Below, piece after piece: positions 17,292 through 25,325 of a stretch of DNA of 64,000 bases (positions are counted from its first letter, which is position 1; every line of letters begins with the position of its first letter). Both the position numbers and the translations under genes were made by a program. Origin of the DNA: Bacteroidota bacterium (GTDB lineage Bacteria > Bacteroidota > Ignavibacteria > Kapaibacteriales > UBA2268); NCBI GenBank assembly GCA_021780815.1, contig JAJXYC010000020.1:5046-69045 (forward strand). The letters run 5' to 3'. A model generated the notes under the pieces. That model was given only the letters and a program-made list of their open reading frames with translations. It ran no database searches and was not told where the DNA came from.

Positions 17292-19499
17292 ATGAATGGA
17301 CCAAAACATAAAATTTTTCTATATCCTTTATGGCTGAGAATTTGGCATTTGATAAATGCTGTTTTATTCATCTGCTTGATTCTTACAGGAGTGAGTTTGC
17401 ATTTCTCTGCTGATAATGCTTTGCTTTTTTCTTTTAGATTCTCTGTTATGATTCATAACATTTCTGGAATTTTGTTATCTCTAAATTATCTTTATTTCTT
17501 TATTTTCAATATTATTAAAGGTAATTATAAATATTATATCCCGAAACTCAAAGGATTAAAGAAACGGGTTATTTTGCAGGCAAAATATTATCTTCTGGGT
17601 ATTTTCAATCAAGAACCCCATCCATTTATGCCAAGCGAAGAATCGAAATTTAATCCATTGCAGCAACTTGGTTATGTAAGTATAATGTACTTATTAGTTC
17701 CAATCATAATTATTTCTGGTTGGGCTTTATTATTCCCTGAATATGCACCCGAAAACTTCTTTGGAATGGGTGGTGTTTGGCCTATGGCATTATTGCATAC
17801 AATAACAGGTTTTGCTTTGATTTTATTTGTATTTGTACATATTTACCTTGGAACTACGGGACATACAATCGGCGATTTATACAAAACTATGATTACCGGT
17901 TGGCATCTTTCTTATGATGATGAGCAAGAAGTTGCTCGTGAAACAGAAAAGCAATTGAAAAACGATAAAAGAACATTGCCTATTATACTTTATAATCCTA
18001 TTACCATAACTGGTTCTTTAATTGCAGGGATTACTTTTTTTGCTATTTTAGTTATGATGATTGTAGAACTATTAAGTACAAACACAAGTGCTTACACTGG
18101 GTTGGTTACTTTTGTTGCCTTGCCAACAGCTCTTGCCTTTGGTGTTGTTTTAATTATTTTTGGTGCTTTTCGTGAAAACAGAAGATTGTTACTTAATAAA
18201 AGTGGTAAAGTAGATAGGTTACCAATTCTTGATTTAAATAAGAGGAAACACCAAGCGGCTCTTGTTGTCTTTACTCTTGGCACTGTGATATTAATTGTTT
18301 CTACTATTTATGGTAGTTTTAAAGCATATGATTATATGGAAACTGACCAATTTTGTGGTAATGTGTGTCATAGCGTTATGCAACCTGAATATACGGCGTA
18401 TCAAAATAATATTCACTCTCGTGTTCATTGTGTGAAATGCCATATTGGACCTGGTGCTGATTGGTTTGTTAAATCTAAAATTTCAGGTTCTTATCAATTA
18501 CTTTCTGTATCTTTCAATTTATATTCTAGACCAATTAAAACTCCTGTGCATGATTTGAGACCTGCACCTGAAACTTGTGAACAATGCCACTGGCCTAATC
18601 AATTTTACAGCCAAAAACTTGTTGATTTTGATTTCTTCACTCCTGATGAACATAATTCGCACTACAAGATTCAAATGCTACTTAAAATTGGTGGTGGTAA
18701 TCAAGAAACCAGTCAAACATCCGGTATCCATTGGAAAATGTATATTCAAAATGAAATTTCTTATTATCCTGCTGATTTTAGAAGACAAATTATTCCTTGG
18801 GTACGTGTTAGAAATAAATTAACAGGACAAGAAACTTATTACGTTTCTACCGATTCTAAGTTTAAAATGACGGATTCCATTTTACGTAGCGGTGCTATTC
18901 GTAAATTTGATTGTATAGATTGCCATAATAGACCTGCACATGACTTTAAGATTCCTAATAATGTTGTTAATTCCTTTATGCTTGCATATAAAATTGACCG
19001 TTCTATCCCATATATTAAAAATATGGCAGTTCAAACTTTGGAATCTAATGCAATTAGTCAAGATTCCACATTAAAAGATATTAGACATTATCTTACTGAT
19101 TTTTACTCTCGTTTTTATCCTAGTGTCTTAACGGAAAACAAAGATGGATTAGAAAAATCAATTCGTTCTGTTGCTGAAATATTTTCCAAGAATTATTTCC
19201 CAAATATGCGTGTGAGCTGGCGAGCTTATCCTAATAATATTGGGCATATGTATGCGAAAGGCTGTTTCCGTTGCCATGATGGCAAGCACGTTAGTCCGGA
19301 AGGTAAGGTTATTAGTGCGGATTGCAACACTTGCCATTCTATTATTATGCAACAACCTCCTGATAAAGAAGCCGTTTTTGCAAAAGACCAAAACTTTATT
19401 CATCCAGGTGGTATGGATAAATTTGTACAATCAAGAATGTGTCCGGATTGTCATGCCGCTCTGCAAAAAAATGTGGTATTAGAACCAAGTAAACATTAA
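17292..19499 (+). CDS. Fusion of a b-type cytochrome membrane domain (HydC/FdnI/PhsC-like) with a NapC/NirT-like multihaem c domain
   Basis: 735 aa. It starts 1 nt after the preceding stop codon. The N-terminal ~200 aa carry LRIWHLINAV, KFNPLQQ, LLHTITGF and VHIYLGTTGH in 4-5 TM helices. Three further TM helices follow. The c domain has CGNVCH (CX3CH) plus CVKCH, CEQCH, CIDCH, CFRCH, CNTCH and CPDCH. Confidence 0.8.
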   Translation: MNGPKHKIFLYPLWLRIWHLINAVLFICLILTGVSLHFSADNALLFSFRFSVMIHNISGILLSLNYLYFFIFNIIKGNYKYYIPKLKGLKKRVILQAKYYLLGIFNQEPHPFMPSEESKFNPLQQLGYVSIMYLLVPIIIISGWALLFPEYAPENFFGMGGVWPMALLHTITGFALILFVFVHIYLGTTGHTIGDLYKTMITGWHLSYDDEQEVARETEKQLKNDKRTLPIILYNPITITGSLIAGITFFAILVMMIVELLSTNTSAYTGLVTFVALPTALAFGVVLIIFGAFRENRRLLLNKSGKVDRLPILDLNKRKHQAALVVFTLGTVILIVSTIYGSFKAYDYMETDQFCGNVCHSVMQPEYTAYQNNIHSRVHCVKCHIGPGADWFVKSKISGSYQLLSVSFNLYSRPIKTPVHDLRPAPETCEQCHWPNQFYSQKLVDFDFFTPDEHNSHYKIQMLLKIGGGNQETSQTSGIHWKMYIQNEISYYPADFRRQIIPWVRVRNKLTGQETYYVSTDSKFKMTDSILRSGAIRKFDCIDCHNRPAHDFKIPNNVVNSFMLAYKIDRSIPYIKNMAVQTLESNAISQDSTLKDIRHYLTDFYSRFYPSVLTENKDGLEKSIRSVAEIFSKNYFPNMRVSWRAYPNNIGHMYAKGCFRCHDGKHVSPEGKVISADCNTCHSIIMQQPPDKEAVFAKDQNFIHPGGMDKFVQSRMCPDCHAALQKNVVLEPSKH

Positions 19500-19526
19500 A
19501 ATTTTTCATTTTTATGCTACCTAAGT

Positions 19527-19566
19527 AGAGGCTGTCTCAAAAAGAGATAGCCTCTTTTATTTTTTC
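19527..19566 (+). terminator. Rho-independent terminator closing the cytochrome cluster
   Basis: agaggctgtctc (19527-19538) pairs with gagatagcctct (19544-19555), with one G-T wobble, followed by ttttatttttt. Confidence 0.7.
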
Positions 19567-19634
19567 CTATTAGTAATATCAATTATTGGAATAGTTTTTG
19601 ATAATATAAAATAAATACAATAAAAAGATAAAAT

Positions 19635-20531
19635 ATGAACTTATCGCAAGCAAACAGATGTTTTCTGGATTATTTAAAAACTGAAAAAAACTTTTCGGAA
19701 AGAACATTATTAACTTATCATTATGCTCTTGACAATTTTTATGAATATTTTAAGGAAATATTTGTTGAAAATCCAAATGTTTGTGAGATTGAAATAGATG
19801 ATATACGACCTTTCTTAGGTTGGCTACAAGATAAAGGATTTGCTCGTAATTCTATTAGATTGAAATCTTCCGCTTTGAAATCTTTTTTTAAATTTCTCTT
19901 TAAAAAAGAATATATTGATAACAATCCGGCTAAATCGCTTTCAACTCCCAAGCGAAAAAAAAATTTGCCAAACTTTTTAACTGAAAAAGAAATTTCAAAT
20001 TTACTTCTAAATTTTGATGGTAATGGTTTTGAAAGTATTAGAAATAAGTTTCTTATACAGATGATTTATGGTTCAGGTCTTAGAATAAGCGAAGCTTTAA
20101 ATTTAAAAATAGGGGATATTGATACTGTAAATAAGACAGTTAAAGTGTTAGGAAAAGGGAATAAGGAAAGAATTGTTCCAATGGGGACAAACACAATTGC
20201 TCTTTATGAAAAATATATAAAAAGTAAAAATAAGTGTGTTAATTCATCTAAATTTGTTTTTGTGTCTGGCACAGGAAACAAAATGAGTTATTCTTCAGCA
20301 TATAAAATTATTCATAGAGAAATTAAAAAAATAAGCGATGTTAAGCAGAAATCACCCCACACATTAAGGCATACATTTGCTACACATTTGATTAACAATG
20401 GTGCAGACATTCGCTCGGTTAGTGAGATGTTGGGACATAGTTCGTTGTCTTCAACGCAAATCTACACCCATCTTTCCATTGATAAATTGAAAGATATTTA
20501 TTTTAAAGCACATCCAAAAGCTGAAAAATAG
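19635..20531 (+). CDS. Tyrosine recombinase XerC/XerD family
   Basis: 298 aa. SAM-like N-terminal domain. Catalytic residues in RISEAL, LGKGNKER, HTLRHTFATHL and LGHSSLSSTQIYTH. Confidence 0.8.
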   Translation: MNLSQANRCFLDYLKTEKNFSERTLLTYHYALDNFYEYFKEIFVENPNVCEIEIDDIRPFLGWLQDKGFARNSIRLKSSALKSFFKFLFKKEYIDNNPAKSLSTPKRKKNLPNFLTEKEISNLLLNFDGNGFESIRNKFLIQMIYGSGLRISEALNLKIGDIDTVNKTVKVLGKGNKERIVPMGTNTIALYEKYIKSKNKCVNSSKFVFVSGTGNKMSYSSAYKIIHREIKKISDVKQKSPHTLRHTFATHLINNGADIRSVSEMLGHSSLSSTQIYTHLSIDKLKDIYFKAHPKAEK

Positions 20532-20632
20532 TTAGTTGAATTTTTATTAAGTGAAATTATTAAAATTATTTTTTTTCGTCTTGCCAAATTTATTGATTAA
20601 TTTGCATTTTTTTAATTTAAAAAATCAAAAAA

Positions 20633-21640
20633 ATGTCAAAAGTTAAAGTTTCAGTTGTTGGTGTAGGACACCTTGGAAAGATTCATGCAAAACTATGGAA
20701 AACGATAGAAGATGCAGAATTAGTAGGAATTTATGATGTTAATGAAAATGCTTCGAAAGCAGTAGCAAAAGAATTAAATTGTATAGTGTTTTCATCTATT
20801 GATGAAGTAATTAAAAATTCTGAGGCAGTTACAATTTCGTCAGATACTAAAACACATTTTTCTATTGCTAAAACAATGATTGAAAATAACATTCATTCAT
20901 TTATTGAGAAGCCTATAACAAGTAATTATAAGGAAAGCCAAAAGCTTCTTGAAATTGCAAATAAAAATAAAGTATTGGTTCAAGTTGGTCATGTGGAGCG
21001 TTTCAACCCTGCTTTAACAGCCTTGAAAGAACATAATCTTCAGCCTTTATTTGTTGAAGTTCATCGTTTGAGTCAATTTAAGACACGGGCGACAGACGTA
21101 AGTGTAATCTATGATTTAATGATTCACGATATTGATATTATATTATGGTTAGTTAAATCAAAAGTTCAAAAGATTGAAGCCAATGGTGTTGCTATATTAA
21201 CTGAAACACCTGATATTGCGAATGCTCGTATTACTTTTGAGAATGGTGCTGTTGCAAATTTGACAGCTTCTCGTATTTCAGCTTCGCCAATGAGAAAATT
21301 GAGAATTTTTCAAAAAGATGCTTATTTTTCTATTGATTTAGGAAATCAGCAAGTTGATGTCTTTAAGCTTTTAAATGAAGAGCCAGACCCAGAAAAATAT
21401 CCATTAGCATTTAATTTAGGTTCAATTTTAGAAACAAACAATCCAAAGAACATTATTTATTTAAAGCCTGAAATAACGAAGTTAAATGCAATTCAAGAAG
21501 AACAAAAATCTTTTATTAACTCAATAAAGAATAATATACAAACTGCTGTTACGGCAAAAGAAGCGGCAGAAGCTGTGAGAATTGCTGAAATTATTACTAA
21601 TAAAATAGCAAAGTATAATAAAAATATTCTTCAATTATAG
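20633..21640 (+). CDS. Gfo/Idh/MocA family NAD(P)-dependent oxidoreductase
   Basis: 335 aa. Rossmann N-terminus VSVVGVGHLGKIH, then FIEKP and VGHVERFNP. Confidence 0.75.
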   Translation: MSKVKVSVVGVGHLGKIHAKLWKTIEDAELVGIYDVNENASKAVAKELNCIVFSSIDEVIKNSEAVTISSDTKTHFSIAKTMIENNIHSFIEKPITSNYKESQKLLEIANKNKVLVQVGHVERFNPALTALKEHNLQPLFVEVHRLSQFKTRATDVSVIYDLMIHDIDIILWLVKSKVQKIEANGVAILTETPDIANARITFENGAVANLTASRISASPMRKLRIFQKDAYFSIDLGNQQVDVFKLLNEEPDPEKYPLAFNLGSILETNNPKNIIYLKPEITKLNAIQEEQKSFINSIKNNIQTAVTAKEAAEAVRIAEIITNKIAKYNKNILQL

Positions 21641-21641
21641 A

Positions 21642-23342
21642 TTGTTTATGAATAATAAAATATTTAAAATTAATTTTGGTAATTCTACATTTTTACTTTT
21701 TACTTTCTTTTTTATTTTAAATATTTGGCATCCTTTTTCATTGGGATTTTTTGCCGATGATTGGAACTATATAACTCATTATAAATTCTTGGCGCAGTTG
21801 CCTGAAAATCCATTTAATTATAATATTTTTAACTATTTTTTACAATGTTTTGGAAACCGTCCTGTGGTTTCATTAACTTTTTATCTTGGTTATTCAATAT
21901 GCGGAGGTACTAATTTTGTATTATGGCAATTTTGGACATTAATTTTATGGTTGTTATCAATTTTTACCTTCCGATTAGTCTCTAAAGAATTTTTTAAAAT
22001 ATTAGGTTATTGTAAAAACAGTTTCCTGCAAGAATTCGCTACTGTTATTTTTGGCTTATCGCCTTGGATGATGGCTTACAATCATTGGATTTCATTATCA
22101 ATGAATCTACCATTTCTTATTTTCTTCAATTTGGCTATATATTACTTTTTGAAATCATATCAAAATCATGAAACGTATTTCTTTCGTTCTGCTTTCTTTT
22201 TACTACTGAGTTATTTATCTTATGAAGCATTTTATTTTCAATGGTTTTTATTTTTGATTTTTGTATTTAAATACAAGGGATTTCGAAAAGTATATCATAA
22301 AAATATATTAATACCATTTGTTCTTTTCTCTTTTGTTCAAATTGTCGTTATTCTTTGGAATAGAATTTCAATACCGTTCTTTAAATATATTGTTATCAAA
22401 TCTCTTGATCCTTACACATTGCAATTATTCGTAGCTAACCTTTTATCATTGCCTTATGTTTGGATAGCAAGTTTTGTAATTGGTTCAATAATCTTAATAC
22501 CACTGCTAATATTTATTATAGTTAAAATTTTTAAATATAACAAAGCAAATCATCTGGCAAGAAATGAAATAATGCTTCTATCTACAATTTTCGTTTTGGG
22601 ATTATTACTTTCTCTTGCTTTGTTTGCAGTAGCAGGTTATTCAATTTGGGGATTGGGAATGAGGAGTCGTACAATGATTGTTTTTGCATGGTACTTATCA
22701 CTCTATATAGGTTATTTAGTGTTGTTTGTAGATTATCATAAAGTGATTTTTTCAAAAACAATTTATGCAATTGTGATTATAATTATAGTAGATTTAACAT
22801 TTTCAAATATACAAAATTCATTGGACTGGCGAACAACTTGGGAAATAGAAAAAGAAGTAATTGCTAAAATTCCAACGAGGAAAATACTTTCTACCGACAA
22901 AAATGCAATAATTTTAGTTAACTTGCCTTATAAATATCACTGGATATCGCTTTTTGACTATCAGTGGTCGATAAATGCACAAATGAACTACGGTAAAAGT
23001 GTAATTTTTAAATCAAATTATGATACTACGTTTTTTCGCTTTTTTTTTGTTGGAAATAACATTATACACCCAATTAAAAATGTTCCTGTCGTAAACTATT
23101 GGAATGGCAAAGAATTATTTCAATTTTATGATATGCCTAAAAAAAACAAAGAAGATGATTTAAAAGGTTATTTTTATACAAGGGAATTCAAAATGTCAGG
23201 TAGCGAACTTTGGGTTTGGAATTATCCTGAAAATACGTTTACAAAAATTACAAATAATGAAAAATTTGAATTTGAAAAAATTAAAAATTATGATTATTGG
23301 ATTACGTATTTATACAACAAATTTAAGGGATTAGAACATTAG
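21642..23342 (+). CDS. Large polytopic membrane protein, function unknown (possibly a glycosyl- or sugar-transferase-like envelope protein)
   Basis: 566 aa with more than 10 hydrophobic helices and a soluble C-terminal domain. It directly follows the oxidoreductase gene. The true start is probably the ATG at 21648. Confidence 0.5.
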   Translation: MFMNNKIFKINFGNSTFLLFTFFFILNIWHPFSLGFFADDWNYITHYKFLAQLPENPFNYNIFNYFLQCFGNRPVVSLTFYLGYSICGGTNFVLWQFWTLILWLLSIFTFRLVSKEFFKILGYCKNSFLQEFATVIFGLSPWMMAYNHWISLSMNLPFLIFFNLAIYYFLKSYQNHETYFFRSAFFLLLSYLSYEAFYFQWFLFLIFVFKYKGFRKVYHKNILIPFVLFSFVQIVVILWNRISIPFFKYIVIKSLDPYTLQLFVANLLSLPYVWIASFVIGSIILIPLLIFIIVKIFKYNKANHLARNEIMLLSTIFVLGLLLSLALFAVAGYSIWGLGMRSRTMIVFAWYLSLYIGYLVLFVDYHKVIFSKTIYAIVIIIIVDLTFSNIQNSLDWRTTWEIEKEVIAKIPTRKILSTDKNAIILVNLPYKYHWISLFDYQWSINAQMNYGKSVIFKSNYDTTFFRFFFVGNNIIHPIKNVPVVNYWNGKELFQFYDMPKKNKEDDLKGYFYTREFKMSGSELWVWNYPENTFTKITNNEKFEFEKIKNYDYWITYLYNKFKGLEH

Positions 23343-23647
23343 TGTTTAAGAACATTAACCTCATCAACATAAATTGTTTGCTTTTTACGGAATAAAGCTA
23401 ATATAATAGCAAGCCCTATTGCACTTTCTGCGGCGGCAACAGCCATAACAAAAAAGACAAATATTTCACCAGAAGTATCACCTAAATATCTTGCAAATGA
23501 GATAAAAGCAAGATTTACAGAATTTAGCATAATTTCAAGGGACATAAAAACTATAATAGCATTTCTTCGCAAAATTACTCCAAGAGTGCCAATAGTAAAT
23601 AGAATTCCTGATAAAGCGATATAATATTCAAGAGGTATATTATTCAT
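23339..23647 (-). CDS. nuoK: NADH-quinone oxidoreductase subunit K
   Basis: 102 aa with three TM helices. [35 protein letters not shown] is typical of NuoK/ND4L. Confidence 0.85.
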   Translation of the reverse strand: MNNIPLEYYIALSGILFTIGTLGVILRRNAIIVFMSLEIMLNSVNLAFISFARYLGDTSGEIFVFFVMAVAAAESAIGLAIILALFRKKQTIYVDEVNVLKH

Positions 23648-23694
23648 TTTTTTATTTTTATTTTGTTGGTTAATAAATATTTATATTTTAAATT

Positions 23695-24204
23695 TTAATT
23701 GATTAATTTCTTTTTTGCCATAACGATTGCACCGACAATAGCGGAAAGCAACAAAATACCGACAATTTCAAATGCAACTAAATCTTTTGTAAAAAGGACT
23801 GAACCAAGCGATTGAGCAGTAAAAAGATTGTAAACATTTGTGCTATTAGGCTGATTGAGCGGATTTGACATTATAAATGTTACAATCATAATAAAGAAAA
23901 TTGCAGCAAGTACAATTCCAAAACTATTTCGGGATTGAATTCTGATTGTTTGTTTTTCATCTTCGTTTAAGTTTAAAAGCATTATAACAAAGACAACTAA
24001 AACCATTATTGCCCCTGCATAAACAAGAATTTGCAGTACCGCAACAAATGGCGATTGCAAGGTAAGATATAATGCAGATAGAGCAAAAAAATGCACTATC
24101 AAAGACATTGCAGAATAAATTGGGTGTTTTGTTGCAATTGTCCCAATGGCACTTGCTATGGCAAGTATTCCTAAAACTATGAATGCAATTAAATGTATGT
24201 TCAC
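23695..24204 (-). CDS. nuoJ: NADH-quinone oxidoreductase subunit J
   Basis: 169 aa. Contains HPIYSAMSLIVHFFALSALYL and LQILVYAGAIMVLVVFVIMLL, the NuoJ/ND6 pattern. Confidence 0.8.
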   Translation of the reverse strand: MNIHLIAFIVLGILAIASAIGTIATKHPIYSAMSLIVHFFALSALYLTLQSPFVAVLQILVYAGAIMVLVVFVIMLLNLNEDEKQTIRIQSRNSFGIVLAAIFFIMIVTFIMSNPLNQPNSTNVYNLFTAQSLGSVLFTKDLVAFEIVGILLLSAIVGAIVMAKKKLIN

Positions 24205-24351
24205 TGATTTTCTATTTTATTAATTAAGCAAAATTAAAAAAAAAAAATGAGATAAGGAAATATAAAAAACATGGAAATTTATCATAATATAAAATAAATT
24301 TTACTTTTATTTGTTTTTACAATATAATTAAATCAATAAAAGGAGTTTTAA

Positions 24352-25164
24352 ATGAAAAAAATAAGTTATTTACTGCTTTTGGCTATGTCTATGGCCATTT
24401 TTACCTCTTGTACTTCTTCTAACAACAGCACAAATCCAATAACAGGTAATCAATTTCCTTTAAGCACTGGTAATTATTGGGTTTATGATGTAATCCCATT
24501 TGACTCAACAGGTGCTCCTGCTCAATCAAGCGAATATTTCGATTCTACTTATGTAGCAAGTACCTCTGTTGAAAATGTCTTAACTATGCAAGGAGTTACT
24601 GTTTTTAATGTGAACCATATCTATTCAAATAGCAACCCAAATACATCAGAACAATATTATACGAATTCAGATGGTATTTACAATAAATTCAATGGTCTTT
24701 CAGGATTCAATGGAAATTTATTTGGCATAAATATTCTTGATTCTTTACATTTGGATTGGATGTTATATATTGATTATAACAATTCTACTTGGACATCACT
24801 TGCACCTCAAACAATAACTTTTAATAATATTCCTCTGCCACAGGTAGGTAATGTAGATTTAAGTATTACTTTCACTATGGTAGGTACAAAATCTACAACA
24901 AAACAATTTACTATACAAGGTAGTAATATTACTGCGCAAGGCTATATCTCAACGATAAAAATTACTGGTAACATTAAAGTTTTTAGCTTAGCAGGGACTA
25001 TTATACCAATTCCTGAAAGTGATATTGTTACAAATGCTTATTATGCAAGTGGAATTGGTCTAATATATTCAAAAACTGATAATGCAACTATTGGTTTGCC
25101 TGGACTTTATAGCACAACTATACTAGGAAGCGTAAAAACATTAGTTAGATATAAAGTGCAATAA
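24352..25164 (+). CDS. Hypothetical lipoprotein
   Basis: 270 aa. Signal peptide plus lipobox IFTSC. Rich in Ser/Thr/Asn. Its 3' end is duplicated at 27179-27292. Confidence 0.6.
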   Translation: MKKISYLLLLAMSMAIFTSCTSSNNSTNPITGNQFPLSTGNYWVYDVIPFDSTGAPAQSSEYFDSTYVASTSVENVLTMQGVTVFNVNHIYSNSNPNTSEQYYTNSDGIYNKFNGLSGFNGNLFGINILDSLHLDWMLYIDYNNSTWTSLAPQTITFNNIPLPQVGNVDLSITFTMVGTKSTTKQFTIQGSNITAQGYISTIKITGNIKVFSLAGTIIPIPESDIVTNAYYASGIGLIYSKTDNATIGLPGLYSTTILGSVKTLVRYKVQ

Positions 25165-25237
25165 TAGTTTTGAAAATATCTTTTGTAAGAAAAGTGTAAG
25201 AAAAAAGGTTGCCCTGAAAAGAGACAACCTTTTTTTC
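25051..25237 (+). repeat. Direct repeat copy 1 (last 38 codons of the lipoprotein gene, 3' UTR and terminator hairpin)
   Basis: Aligned by eye with 27179-27364. There are 13 mismatches in the 114-nt coding part and 1 mismatch in the ~73-nt non-coding tail. Confidence 0.85.
25205..25237. terminator. Bidirectional terminator hairpin (inside repeat copy 1)
   Basis: aaggttgcc ... gacaacctt has an A-run upstream and a T-run downstream. It lies between the convergent lipoprotein and SulP genes. Confidence 0.65.
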
Positions 25238-25325
25238 TTTTGAACGTTCCGTTTAAAAAAAAATAGTTAAAAAAATAACAAAGTTAGGAGTATGCATTGT
25301 TGTCTTTCCTTTATGTAATATTACT

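Noticed and set aside
19635-20531. The tyrosine recombinase next to the cytochrome cluster as evidence that the cluster is a mobile genomic island
   Set aside because: Its size (298 aa) and motifs fit a housekeeping XerC/XerD-type recombinase. I saw no flanking tRNA, att-like direct repeats or other mobility genes. My spot GC counts for the cytochrome genes (22-23 of 60) are only slightly below gyrB (26 of 60) and well above the AT-rich block (7-14 of 60).
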